DNA of 64,000 nucleotides from Octopus sinensis (lineage: Eukaryota): the NCBI RefSeq assembly GCF_006345805.1, contig NC_043002.1, forward strand, positions 111,972,001 through 112,036,000, read 5' to 3'. A program made the translations under genes and the position numbers. The first letter of the stretch is position 1. The number at the start of each line of letters is the position of its first letter. Shown piece after piece: positions 39,828-52,765 of this stretch. Under the pieces are notes generated by a model. That model saw nothing but the letters and a program-made list of their open reading frames with translations, ran no database searches and was not told the DNA's origin.

Positions 39828-40215
39828 TGCGCAGGAGTGGCTGTGTGGTAAGTAGCTTGCCTCCCAACCACATGGTTCCGGGTTCAGTTCCACTGCGTGG
39901 CATCTTGGCAAGTGTCTTCTGCTATAGCCCCGGGCCGACCAATGCCTTGTGAGTGGATTTGGTAGACGGAAACTGAAAGAAGCCTGTCGTATATATGTAT
40001 ATATATGTATATGTATGTGTGTGTATATGTGTGAGTCTGTGTTTGTCCCCCTAGCATTGCTTGACAACCGATGCTGGTGTGTTTACGTCCCCGTCACTTC
40101 GGCAAAAGAGACCGATAGAATAAGTACTGGGCTTACAAAGAATAAGTTCTGGGGTCGATTTGCTCGACTAAAGGCGGTGCCGCAGTCAAAATGACTGAAA
40201 CAAGTAAAATAGTAA
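39828..40215 (+). mobile_element. SINE family B
   Basis: Match with small deletions. Confidence 0.88.
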
Positions 40216-41342
40216 AGAGAGAGATATATGCATATGTGTGTGTGTGTATATATATATATATATGTATGTATATATATAGTGTGTGTGTGCGTGTATGTGT
40301 CTGTGTATATGTATGTTCGTATGTTCGTATGTATATTCATATGGATATATGTGTGTCTTTGCGTGTGTGTGTGTGTGTGTATTATACGTATATGTATGTG
40401 TATGCATCATTATTTACTCGCCATAAGTGCAGCCCATATACAATGAAACGTTTGTGTACACTGACGAAAGTAATAATATTAGCAATGCACCACACCACAT
40501 CGTCAATATAACACAGCAAATAAAATTTAAAAAAAGAAGACAAACGCCACCCAACATAAATCATTCTACGCAGTAACATGATGAAATCTATCGGCGAACG
40601 CGTAAGCTGGTTGTTTTATCACAAGACAAGAACCAGCCACATCACTCGTACCATTCCTGTCAGGCATGTTTACTAACAACTACAGGAAAAGAATTACAAA
40701 CAAGGAACGGTAATTGTATGCCACTTCTGAGATAGCTCAGGTAGAGGGCGCTAGGATTTCGTGAAATACTATAAGCTGTAATCGCAATATCTAATTGAAT
40801 TTTGGGTGTTATTATATGGAAATTTGATGGAAAAGATTTGTTTGCAGCCTATTTTACTTTTGTTCCTTTTGTTGTTACTTATTCCACTGACTAGCGTGCG
40901 TTATGCATGATATTAGAACATCCGTAATGTGTAAATATAGAAAAGTGGATGAAGCAGCCTTGTCTACTTTGTGATATTTCAAACCTATACTGGAAACTTC
41001 AACTCCAGCAGTTTCCATTTTGCAAACCCCTGGGGATCCACAAAGTTAGTACAAAGGATACGTGAACTATTCTCAAAATATCAAGATGTTACAGAGTAAA
41101 ATGCATAATTACTCACAATTAAATTACAAAATTCAGATGAGCAGAAACGAACAACTTTTCAGATGCGTTTTAGAAACGGTTCTATGCTTAAAACTGACTT
41201 AAATTAGAACATAATATCAACAAAGCAGTATCAACTATGTCATTAAATTTCTTTTTGCCAATAATATTATTTATAGAGTTGTATATTCTGTTACATATGT
41301 CTCTCAATTCAGAGATAACCTAGAGGAAGAGAGTTTTTTTTA

Positions 41343-41726
41343 GGAAGCACTCCGTCGGTTACGACGATGAGGGTTCCGGTTGATCCGATCAACGGAACAG
41401 CCTGCTCCTGAAATTAACGTGTAAGTGGCTGAGCACTCCACAGACACGTGCACCCTTAACGTAGTTCTCGGGGATATTCAGCGTGACACAGAGAGTGACA
41501 AGGCCGGCCCCTTGAAATACAGGTACAACAGAAACAGGAAGTAAGAGTGAGAGAAAGTTGTGGTGAAAGAGTACAGCAGGGATCACCACCATCCCCTGCC
41601 GGAGCCTCGTGGAGCTTTTAGGTGTTTTCGCTCAATAAACACTCACAACGCCCAGTCTGGGAAGCGAAACCGCGATCCTATGACCGCGAGTCCGCTGCCC
41701 TAACCACTGGGCCATTGCGCCTCCAC
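41343..41726 (-). mobile_element. SINE family A with TSD
   Basis: AGAGGAAGAGAGT on both flanks. Confidence 0.9.
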
Positions 41727-42062
41727 AGAGGAAGAGAGTATGTTGTTAGTTACTAAAATTGTCTTGTTGAGTAGACAGATCTTTCAGAAGCCTGAAGTCC
41801 GCGAAACCTGAAAAGTTTGAGAGACACGTGACACTGTTCTTGATTTGCTGGAAACACCAGTCAATCTCGCTCAAATCACATCCTACAGTTTTAGATATGG
41901 AATTGGCATATTAGATATATAGTCCTAAGTAAAATTTTTAAAAAGACGTAATAGTCACGAGTAGAATACCGTAGGCCCGCTCGATCGGACGTGATCAATA
42001 ACAACGTCGTTTCCTATGAGAGTTGCAGGCAACTAAAATCTTGTATTATATAATATCTACGA

Positions 42063-42245
42063 TACAGTTTTATATTTAAGAGATGAGGAATTATGTACAT
42101 TATTTACATTTGACGAATATTTGTCCTCATCTTGCTTGTTGTTAACATATTTCGGCTGGTATACCCTCCAGCTTTCATCAGGTGTCTTGGGGAAATTTCG
42201 AACATGGGTTCTCATTCCTAAGGTATTTTTCGATGTTATTATTAT

Positions 42246-42324
<79 letters not shown>

Positions 42325-42417
42325 CGGGTCACTGCTTGGAATCGAACTCGGAATCTTCGGGTTAAGGGCGCGGGCTACTAACCCCAAGATTCCGAGTTCT
42401 GAATAATAATAATAATG

Positions 42418-42487
<70 letters not shown>

Positions 42488-42640
42488 CAACATCGAAAAA
42501 TACCTTAGGAATAAAAACCCAGGCTTGAAATTTCCCCAAGACACCTGATGAAGGCTGGAGGGTATACTAGCCGAAATGTTGTGTTAACAACAAACAAGGT
42601 GAAGAGAAATATCCGTCAAATGTAAATAATGTAGATAATG
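42063..42640. mobile_element. Fold-back Penelope-like terminal repeat pair around (TAG)n/(TAA)n, copy 2
   Basis: Inverted arms of the 29852 family; central hairpin at 42337-42399. Confidence 0.75.
42540..42585 (+). ncRNA. Type I hammerhead motif (degenerate inverted partner at about 42143-42186)
   Basis: GACAC-CUGAUGA-a-GGCUG...UAGCC-GAAAUGUU|GUGUU. Confidence 0.65.
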
Positions 42641-42812
42641 AATATCTACGATATTTTATAGGACTATTAAATCAAAGAAGTACACGAATAACATTTTATT
42701 TTACCGTCATCCAAAAAAACGAAGTTTACTTCGTTGGGATTTGAATTCAGAACGAAAGAGTAGTAATTAAATACCGCAGGTATTTTTTTTTTTTTTTTAC
42801 TTGCCAATCCTT

Positions 42813-43255
42813 TGTCGAGTGAAATGCACGCACGGCTACGTCTACGCGTACGTGGGCGATACCGCGCGCTTAAGTTCGTTCTTTCGATTTCGGGCACGAT
42901 AGCGCGGTGGAGCAACGGGCGACCGGCACAGGCCAGCCTCTACCTCGTGCTAGCCGCAGTTGTCATCTTTCGGGATTTTACGGGACGGACCACGTCGCCG
43001 TATCGATATGTAAACTGACATTCACACAAGCTCACGTCCGAAATTCATAACTTCCACAGCACACCTAAAATGTGTAAAAGCTTTAAACAGGTGCATGCAT
43101 GAAATGCTTAAGAAGTTTGTTTCTGAACCACATGGACTCAGGTTCGGTCTCACCACGCAGTATCTTGAACCAGTGTTTTGCTCTGTAGCTTCAAGCCTTG
43201 TAAGTGAAACTAGTTGACAGAAAACTGTACCGAAGCTCGTCATACGTAGATAGGT

Positions 43256-43295
<40 letters not shown>

Positions 43296-43544
43296 GTGTG
43301 TGTGTGCATGTGTGTTTCTCTGTTTTTATGATTGTCTTTGTAGTAACCCATTTGAAACAACGATGCGACAAAAAGAGATCGCTAAAAAAAAAGAGAGGTG
43401 AGCATTGATCTGCTCTGCCAAAATCCTTGAAGGCGATGATCAATTATGGCGGCTGTACAATGACTGAAACAAATAAAACAACAAAACAACTTTTATGCCA
43501 TGAGGAACCTTTTCTTCTTCATTTTGGCAATAAACTTAATTCCG
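42813..43544 (+). mobile_element. Unclassified composite element: GC-rich head plus captured decayed family B SINE
   Basis: Second copy at 34266 with the same ends; internal B-like AACCACATGG...AAGCCTTGTAAGTG...(TG)n...AATGACTGAAACAAATAAAA. Confidence 0.75.
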
Positions 43545-43811
43545 TTTTCTAAACTTTTTTGTGTTTTAGTTTACCAACTCCTACCATCACTAGTTTCCTC
43601 AGATTCTACTGTTTTACTGTTTTACTGCGGAGTAGAAGCATAGTGTAATTAACGACTGTGTTGTTATTTTGTTGTGCTGAGTCATCATAAGGAAAAGGTC
43701 CATACTATGCTCCTCTCTCAACCACTTGTGTTAACCATGGGCTCAAATTTCTGGACTTGATTTGAAGAACCTCCTAATTCTTTAAGTGCCATACAGAGAA
43801 GATAAATATTT

Positions 43812-43994
43812 ATCATCATCATCATCATCATCATCATCATTTAACGTCCGTTCTCCATACTGGTAGGGGTTCAACTGTTTGACAGGAGTTAGCCAGCTGG
43901 AGAGCTACCCGTGCACCATTTTTCTGTTTTGATATGGTTTCTATGGTTGGATGCCTTCCTAACGCCAACTACTTTACAGAGTGTACTGTGTGCT
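43812..43994 (-). mobile_element. Probable SINE 3' fragment with (GAT)n tail
   Basis: (CAT)n-TTTAACGTCCG...GGATGCCTTCCTAACGCCAAC; single copy here, recognised by resemblance only. Confidence 0.5.
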
Positions 43995-44229
43995 GAGAGG
44001 GGGATGTAGAGGACATGCTTGTATGCATGAATAGCCGCTCCTATATATACTTTTTTCGATGTACTGCGTATTCGTTACTTTTTGCATCTGTTATTACCTC
44101 CGCCTTAGTTTATTATTGATCTTATTAAAAATGAAGCCGTAGCCTTTAATTTGCTGCTTTTCTATACACAAACCGAGAAGATATCTTGCAAATCAGTGTT
44201 ATTTTAACGCTGACACCAAATGAATCTTG

Positions 44230-44338
44230 TAATCACCTGAAGAGACACGTCTACACAGTCGGATACTCCTAAACAGGTTGTTAAATATACCACCCGTGAG
44301 GGATCGATGTCAGATGGGTCGAAACAACTGTAGGGATT
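44230..44338 (+). ncRNA. Type I hammerhead motif with long stem II insertion
   Basis: UAAUCAC-CUGAAGA-GAC(~70 nt)GUC-GAAAC(AACU)GUA|GGGAUUA. Confidence 0.6.
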
Positions 44339-44708
44339 AATAACATTCTCATATCTTCCATTTTCTGTCTCTCTCATTATTCAAATGTGTGTGAGAATGT
44401 ATGTGTGTATGTGTGTGCGCGTTTGTGTGAGTGTGTGTGTATAGCTTTTATTTTTAGCTCTTATTTCTAGTAATTTAGGTGTTCTAACACCCTAGTCATA
44501 TTTAGTGACAATTATAGTTTTCAAATTTAGTAAAATATTGCACACGGCTGTCTATATTAATTTCCTATATATATATATAGTAGTAGTAGTAGTAACAGAA
44601 AAGAGGAATTTCAAATTTCAATTATCCCCACGTGGTGGGTAGTAATGTATATAAGAAATTAAAAAAGGAAAATACGCACACTTACATGGTTTTAATATAA
44701 TTTTTAAT

Positions 44709-44743
44709 ATATCGACCGGTTTCGCTATCGCTATTCATGATAT
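44709..44743 (-). ncRNA. Type I hammerhead motif, A3-U8 core variant
   Basis: AUAUC-AUGAAUA-GC(GAUA)GC-GAAACCGGUC|GAUAU; lies downstream of the GIY-YIG remnant on the same strand. Confidence 0.72.
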
Positions 44744-45008
44744 TATGTTTTATTTATTTGAATATATATTTTTTCCTTAAGAAGAAATTTGGTCCATGTT
44801 GTGTGTGATGAAATTCACGAGTGAATGACTTCACAAGTAGACAAATAAAGGGAGGTAATTGGTTGTTATTATTGTTATTGTTGTGTGTAAGGGAGATAAC
44901 TGTTCAGCTTTTGGTAATGGGTGGGGATTAAATATGTGTACAGAAAAGAGACAGGTTTAAAAAAACCTTGTTTAGTAGGGGATTTAGGTATAGTGATGTA
45001 AAAGTTGG

Positions 45009-45475
45009 TTATGCGTGCATATTAAGATGTGTTTTGTATTTTTCAATGAAAAAAGTTTCTTTATTTAAACGTTCTAGTTGAGAGATTGCGTCTTTGCACT
45101 GGTAGAAAGGGAAGACTGTGAAATTTGGTTTGATGTTACCTGCACATTTTTCTATGTCTTCACTGAGAGGAATTTGTCTGTATTGCGGGAAACTGATTTG
45201 CTCCTTATGTAGAGTGATTCTCTTTCTCAAAGTCATACTCGTTTGTCCAATGTACTGATGACCGCAACCCGAGCAAGTTATTACATAAATTAGGTTCTCA
45301 GAGGCACAGGTGAAACTAGTTTTAATTGTGAACTTCTGTCCTTGTTTGAAAAGGAAATCCGAGCCTTCAAGCAGGTTGGGGCAGGTTCCACAGTTCGGGC
45401 GTCCACATTTTCAACCGTTTGTTTCGTGGTTGTTTTGTAAAGTTTTGCATTTGTTAGTAGTCTCTTTAGCTGCTC
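45009..45475 (-). pseudogene. Penelope-like element (Neptune-type) Zn-finger plus GIY-YIG endonuclease remnant
   Basis: Reading upstream of the listed ORF gives KCGRPNCGTC...FTCASENLIYVITCSGCGHQYIGQTSMTLRKRITLH...ERLNKETFFIEKY; frameshift to LKRLLTNAKL; 5'-truncated, no RT. Confidence 0.88.
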
Positions 45476-47530
45476 ATCAAACTCATCAAATGCAAAAAAC
45501 AAGACAAATCGCTAAAGAGACTAACAAATGCGAAACTTAAAATTTTAGTCTATCGAGGATATACAATACAAACCGACAAAATCGCATATCTCTTCGCAGC
45601 AGTATGATCCCACGCAGACACCAAATGAATCAGTTGGGGTTTTGCTCACAAACTAATACAATGGTATGTTTATCAAAAATATTATATATTTATGTTATTT
45701 TTCTGAAGGTAGCAAACTTCTATCGAATCTTTAACGGAATCAGAATTATCGTCATTTAAGCACTTTAAAGAACCGAGATATTTAAGAATTAAATTCTTAT
45801 GGTATGCATGTTTCAATGAAAATAATTTGTCAATTTCGTAAGCAAACAATAATGTGTAAATATTTGCTACTTAAAAGTAATTTAAGAGGATGTCTGGATG
45901 AGCCAATAGTTCATCAAATAAGTACACAACTTTACAAAGAATTCATACAATCTCAATACAGACAATATGTAATACATATTGCATGTAGAATTCTATGTTG
46001 AATACATACAAACTATTCGGAAGAGGACTCCGTCGGGTATGGAGATATAAAGTAAAATATGTTGATGTACCGTAGGGTGGTGAAATATCTGAAATTTCAA
46101 GTAGATGCGTTCATCAAAGAATGAAGGTATTTTATCCTAGATTTGATTTTTCTACAAGTAGACCACCTCGGTGTTTTTTTAATTTATAATCGAAATAAGA
46201 AACTCATTATATTTGTGAGAAGCCTGACGTGTATAATGTTTACTGTATGAACTATCTCATTACTCATCACTTTGTTATCTGCCCGAGCATAATTTCAAAT
46301 GAACCTCCTATATATCATTTAATCTAATGATTTATTTTTTACTCTCTACTGTTGGTCTAAAACAATTTCCATTTGAAACGAGCAAAAGCTAATTTCCGGT
46401 TTTAGATAATATTCTATTTCAAATACGGGGAAATTAAGTAGATAGCACAAAAGAAGACCTACGCTGAATCCAATTTTAGGACTGCTTTTCCATTATCTCA
46501 ATCATAATCATTCCTTGTTTTATAACTAACTACCTCTGAGTGGCAGCAAGTCCCTTGCAATGTCTAGTTAAACATAATCTAATGACTAAATCTGGAATAG
46601 ACGACTACATCTATTCCAGATTTAGCCATTGATTTTATTTGGTGAGCTGAAGTTTATAGAATACAATTTACTTCCCGGGAACTATACCAAAAGTGCATGC
46701 CAAGGATTTGAAACTACATCAAAAAATATAATCTGTTCTAGTAGACAGACATAAGAGTATTTTTAACATAATAAACATAATAAATCGACTGATATATAGT
46801 ATATAGATATGTATTCATGTGTTAAATATAGCTATGATGAGGTAAGTGCAGACAGGCCAGGCCTCTTTTAAACTTAAAGGTCATGTGACCCAACCCGGAC
46901 TCGTTGCAACTATGTTTTGACATCATCCATCAAGTTACAGCGGTTGTTTAAAGAAGCAAAAGTTCATAAAATTGACATTTAAACCTAATTCACGGCTACA
47001 TATTAGCAGGATGTTTTCTTATTTGGCTTCACTGATTCGCTGAGCAGGTTTTCCAATCCAGTTCTCTAGAAGGGTTTGAACCAATCTGAATGTATTAAAA
47101 ATTCTAACTAATGACATTTGAGTCATATTATAAAGGAAGGCCAAGGGACAATGGTGGAATGATATTTTGAATTAATAATCCTTTATACTATAGGAACAAG
47201 GCCTGGCATTTTGGGGGAGGGTACTAGTCGATTCTTAATTACAGATTATTAATTATTTATCGTTCTCAGCACAATAAGTAGAAAGCTATATTCATGAATC
47301 GAACCTGGGTGGAAGTTGCAGATCATCTCTACATCTTTCCACCACGCTATGTCAGCTACAAAACGAGAATATATAAAGATGTATATAAGGAATATATAAT
47401 ACAATGAGAACAGTTTATTTACAATTACATAAACATGAAAACCCATCATTAGACACAGAAACATTATCTGTCTAGCTATAACTATCTCATGGAAGAAGAA
47501 TAAAATGGAATGACAAAAAATGCATAACTA

Positions 47531-48345
47531 CAGTACCGTACAAAAGTCATTGGACACTTTAAGCTGTTGTAAATTTCTACTAATTGCCCAACTTATAAGT
47601 GGATGTTTCGCATTGCGTCTTTTTACAGATAGAACATTGACCATGTTGGGGTAATTTCCATACCTAATCATTATATTTTGTAGTAGGGATTCTGAATGAG
47701 AGGAAAAGATGCGAGACCGACTATGCAAAAATTGACTGTGCAAAATTTTTCAGCCTTCTCACATAAACTATTCAACAAAGTCTATAATGAAAATTAATTA
47801 CATAATGTTCATTTCAAGAAGTTACTGTACATTGTTAATATTTCATGTGGCTTCCCTTAGCTTGAATAATTGCTTCAATGCGTCTGGGAAGAGATACGTA
47901 CAAATCTTTCACCATCTTCACAGGTATGAGATGCCATTCTCTGTGGGTGAGATCCCACACTCTTCAAAATTGCGTAGATTCTTCTGACGAACTCTTCTCT
48001 TTAGTTCTGTCCGCATTTGATTGATGATATTTAATTCAGGGCTCTGAGCTGGCCAATCTTTCAATACGGTAAAACCTTCATCTGCTAAACTCTGTTGTGT
48101 TGTACGCTTCGTCATGCTGAAAAATCTCAGCTTCATCCAAGTCTGGTACCAAATTGTCCTTCAGGAATTGGATGTATCTGTCACTATTCAAGTTACCGTT
48201 AATTTTAACCAACTTTCTTGAACCATCACGTTTTATGTATCCCCAAAGCATTTATGTACCCCCAAACTTCACTGTTTTCGTAGTGTAACGTGGGTCGTTT
48301 TGCTTTCCTGGACGCCTTCTGACAAATTCTTGCTTATGAGAAAGC
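47531..48345 (-). mobile_element. Tc1-like transposon remnant (3' half plus one TIR)
   Basis: TA|CAGTACCGTACAAAAGT terminus; TVKFGG, MLWG, IFQHDEA and WPAQSPELNII motifs. Confidence 0.85.
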
Positions 48346-48888
48346 GAAACGACCCACGTTACACAACGAAAATAGTGAAGTTTGGGTGTAAGAGTCGGAT
48401 GCTTTGGGGATACATAAAAGTGATGGTTCAAGAAAGTTTGTGATATATAAAAGTGATGTTTCAAGGTGGTGGTGGTGGTGGAAATGAAGGTGGTAGGTAT
48501 GGAAGTGGTGATGGTGGTGGTGATTGGAAAAGTGTATTTTTTTGTTAACCGAACAAAGTTTTTATGTTAATTATCACTTTACGCATACACATAAGTGCAA
48601 TTCCGTGAAATAATCACGCTTATTTACGTGGCAGATATATGCAATTTAACTAAAAGATGTATCATATGCAGGGGAAACAATCTTTTAAAGGAAAAAATGG
48701 AAAAATAAGAATGAATATTTATTTTATGAGTGCTGAGTATTAAGTCTATGAAATAGTTAAATATATTCAATGAGAATATATTATATACTGAATTTATATT
48801 GAGTGCTCAATTGTATCAAAGTATTAATACTATTAAAATATTTATATATTTAATACGAGCGATTATATACATATATATTTTTTAAACA

Positions 48889-49273
48889 GTGGAGGCGCAA
48901 TGGCCCAGTGGTTAGGGTAGCGGACTCGCGGTCATATGATCGCGGTTTCGATTCTCAGACCGGGCGTTGTGAGTGTTTATTGAGCGAAAACACCTAAAGC
49001 TCCACGAGGCTCCGGCAGGGGATGGTGGTGATCCCTGCTGTACTCTTTCACCACAACTTTCTCTCACTCTTACTTCCTGTTTCTGTTGTACCTGTATTTC
49101 AAAGGGCCGGCCTTGTCACTCTCTGTGTCACGCTGAATATCCCCGAGAACTACGTTAAGGGTACACGTGTCTGTGGAGTGCTCAGCCACTTACACGTTAA
49201 TTTCACGAGCAGGCTGTTCCGTTGATTCGGATCAACCGGAACCCTCGTCGTCGTAACCGACGGAGTGCTTCCA
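48889..49273 (+). mobile_element. SINE family A
   Basis: Full-length match. Confidence 0.9.
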
Positions 49274-49294
49274 CATATATTTTTTAATAATATA

Positions 49295-50468
49295 TTATTA
49301 TTAAACAAAGTTTTTTTTAAAATCTAAAATATATTCTCCATTTTCTACAATGCTCTTCCATCTAACTGGTAGTTTTGCAAGGCCCCTCTTCCAAAATCCA
49401 CTTGTCCGGGACGAAAAGTACTCCTCCACATCTGTTCTGATCTCGTCTACAGCATTCATATTTTTTCCGTCCAAATGATCTTGAAGACTGCAGAATAAAT
49501 GATAATCAGATAGGGGAATGTCCGGTGAATATGGTGGATGGGGCATCGTTCCCATTTTAACTGCGTCAGCCTTTGGAATGTCGTCCTCGCTGTATGTAAC
49601 CGATCATTGTCCTGATGGAAGAACACCTTTTGTCTTAATACCAAAGATGGTCGTTTTTCTCCAAGCGCTGACTGAAGCCGGTCAAGCTGCTTGCAGTAGA
49701 TCTTCGTTATCGTTTGATTTGGGTTTAAGACTTCAAAGTGGACTATACCTTTCATATCCCACCAAACAGATAACAACACCTTACGTGGATGAAGACCTTC
49801 TTTAGCCTGGGGTGTCAGTGTTTCTTCCTTCCCTATCCACTGTCTTCGGCGCTTGACATATTTATAGAGAACCCATTTCTTGTCACCACTGACAATTCGG
49901 TCCAAAAAAGGTTCATTTGTGAGACACGACAGCAAAGAACCCATTGACCCAATTTGCTGAATTTTCTGATAGCATGTAGGAGTCAATGAATGGTTGAATG
50001 ACCAAATCCAGGCTTCTGCTAGTTCTTCAACTGTTACAATGGGATTTTGCTCCACCAGGGTTTGCAGGACGTCCTCATCGAGCTCTACAAATCTTCCAGG
50101 ACGAGGCCCGTCTTCTAGGCTGTAGTTTCCGACTCGGAACTTCTAGAACCACCGTTGACACTGGCTTACGCTTATTGTCCGATCCCCATATCCTGCATTA
50201 ATATTCTTCGCACTTTCCATTGCGTTGCTACCTTTATTGAACTCATAAAGCAAGACAAGCCTATATGCTCCTTTGTCACTTCCATTATAGCTTTGAAAAA
50301 ATAACTGTTAAAATAGAACTGCATTATTCAAAACTTGCACAAAGAATAAGAAGAAGGTAAAATTACTACCTGCTTTTATTGCAAGTTGATGCAGGTGGTT
50401 TATCCCGTCTTCCTTCGACTTTTAATTCATGCAGTTGAAAAAACCGCATTATTTATGGGATGACTCAA
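49295..50468 (-). mobile_element. Decayed mariner transposon (5' TIR present, 3' TIR missing)
   Basis: DRIVSGDKKWVLY, KVLLSVWWD, FHQDN and HPPYSPDIPLSDYHLF motifs; TIR-like TTGAGTCATCCCATAAATAATGCGG next to TA at 50469; frameshifts. Confidence 0.92.
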
Positions 50469-51342
50469 TATAACAAGCAAATAGAAAACAGACATATCAG
50501 TTATCGGCCAGAGTGTCAAACGCAATTTTGTGCCTTACGGTAATATTGATCCCTTCTGGTGGCACCAGCAACAAGAAGCTGTTGGGAAATGGGACCAAAA
50601 CCTAACAGAACAAGAACGAACAAAGAGGAAATGGATAAGCATGCAGGACAGAAGTGGACATACGAACATGAATAAATGTGATTCAAGACGAAACCATTAG
50701 TGGACAGACATGGGGCAAAGACGAAATAAATAAACAGAATACGGCATTAAGGCCAGATAGAAATGAAAGTATGGATGACGCTAAGAAGAAACTCGTAATG
50801 GCTTAGAAACAGACGAACAACGGACAGCGAAACAGGTTGAAGTGGAAGACTGGAGGAAATACGCCCAGTTGCTTTCGACCCGCGAATCGCCCGTCAAAAC
50901 TACCTGCTTTTGGTCTCTGTCAATCTCTCGTCTCTCGCATCGGTGTCCTCCTATCAAATACTATTATCGTGGTGTGCCCATGAAGCTTTCTCTGGCTCAC
51001 ATTCTGTTAATTCTACTGTGCTCCAGAATTCAGTTTGCTATATTCAGCTCCTATACGTCAACGATCTATGTACTGTCACCTTCAATAACACCCACTCCTA
51101 CGTACATAATATAACCCTTAATTTCTCCCCACCCTTCAGCACATTGACTATTCACGCCAAATCTGCGCTACTCCAAGAGGAAGCCACGAAAATATTCTCC
51201 TATAAAAATGTGCATGTTCCCACAGCCAGTCTTGTTGGATCCTTTCAGCAGTAAAGTTATAATCACTGCATATACCAAGAAAGCATTATTGCGCCTATTC
51301 TTTACCCGCCACAACTTCAACATAAACAAATTGCAACTGGGA

Positions 51343-51728
51343 TGGAAGCACTCCGTCGGTTACGACGACGAGGGTTCCGGTTGATCCGAATCAACGGAAC
51401 AGCCTGCTCGTGAAATTAACGTGTAAGTAGCTGAGCACTCCATAGACACGTGCACCCTTAACGTAGTTCTCGGGGATATTCAGCGTGACACAGAGAGTGA
51501 CAAGGCCGGCCCTTTGAAATACAGGTACAACAGAAACAGGAAGTAAGAGTGAGAGAAAGTTGTGGTGAAAGAGTACAGCAGGGATCACCACCATCCCCTG
51601 CCGGAGCCTCGTGGAGCTTTTAGGTGTTTTCGCTCAATAAACACTCACAGCGCCAGGTCTGGGAATCGAAACCGCGATCCTATGACCGCGAGTCCACTGC
51701 CCTAACCACTGGGCCATTGCGCCTCCAC
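51343..51728 (-). mobile_element. SINE family A with TSD
   Basis: ACAAATTGCAACT on both flanks. Confidence 0.9.
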
Positions 51729-51890
51729 TACAAATTGCAACTAGAGTGCTCACATGTATGAGTATTCTAGTATCTAGTGATCCAGCATGGCAGGGGTTCA
51801 GTGACAGAAACCATTAAAATATTTTAAGAATTCCATGAGAAAAAGATCTTATGAACCAATAATAAGGAAATGTTTTATATATCAAAACTG

Positions 51891-52085
51891 GGGAGCCGGC
51901 AGAATCGTTAGGATGCTTAGCGGCATTTCATTCGTCTTTATGTTCTGAGATCAAATTTCGCCGAAGTCGACTTTATCTTTCATCATTTCGGGGTCGATAA
52001 AATTAGTACCAGTTGAGTACAAGGGTCGATGTATTCGACAATCCCCTCCTTCGAAATTACTAGCCTAGTGCTAAAATTTGAAATC
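51891..52085 (+). mobile_element. Diverged SINE family C
   Basis: CTTTCATCATTTCGGGGTCGATAAAATTAGTACCAG. Confidence 0.75.
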
Positions 52086-52443
52086 AAAATTAAAAATGAA
52101 GTCCCTTGTGGACGTGACTAACAGACTGTAAAACACTCAAACACTTAGCCGATTTTTCATTGTTCTTAGCGGCCAAAGTTCATTGTTTAGACTCTACTTC
52201 CGACTAATATAAGTGCCTTAAATGTACTGCATTTCCGGTTGAAGGATTATGATCGTGTCCGAATATAGGCTTTACACTGGTTCTTTCCTGAGATATTTAA
52301 CTTAACCGGCAGTGGTTATGCGCTAAATGCTAAGTGGACAAAGGTAAGTAAATATATATTCCACTTAGTAAATATATATAATTATTCTACCACACATGTG
52401 TGTATGTATGCATATATATGTGTGCGTGTATACATACATTCAT

Positions 52444-52444
<1 letters not shown>

Positions 52445-52535
<91 letters not shown>
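52445..52535. repeat. (GATA)n microsatellite
   Basis: Direct reading. Confidence 0.97.
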
Positions 52536-52536
<1 letters not shown>

Positions 52537-52717
52537 CAGAGAGATAGTTAGATAAATGGATATAGATATATATACATCCACACACACACCATATCTATAT
52601 ATATATAATACATATCTCTACATATATATAAATACACACACACACACACTCACACACAAATACACACAAGTATTTATACATATAAAGTAAACATTATATC
52701 TATGTATGTATGTGTAT

Positions 52718-52765
<48 letters not shown>

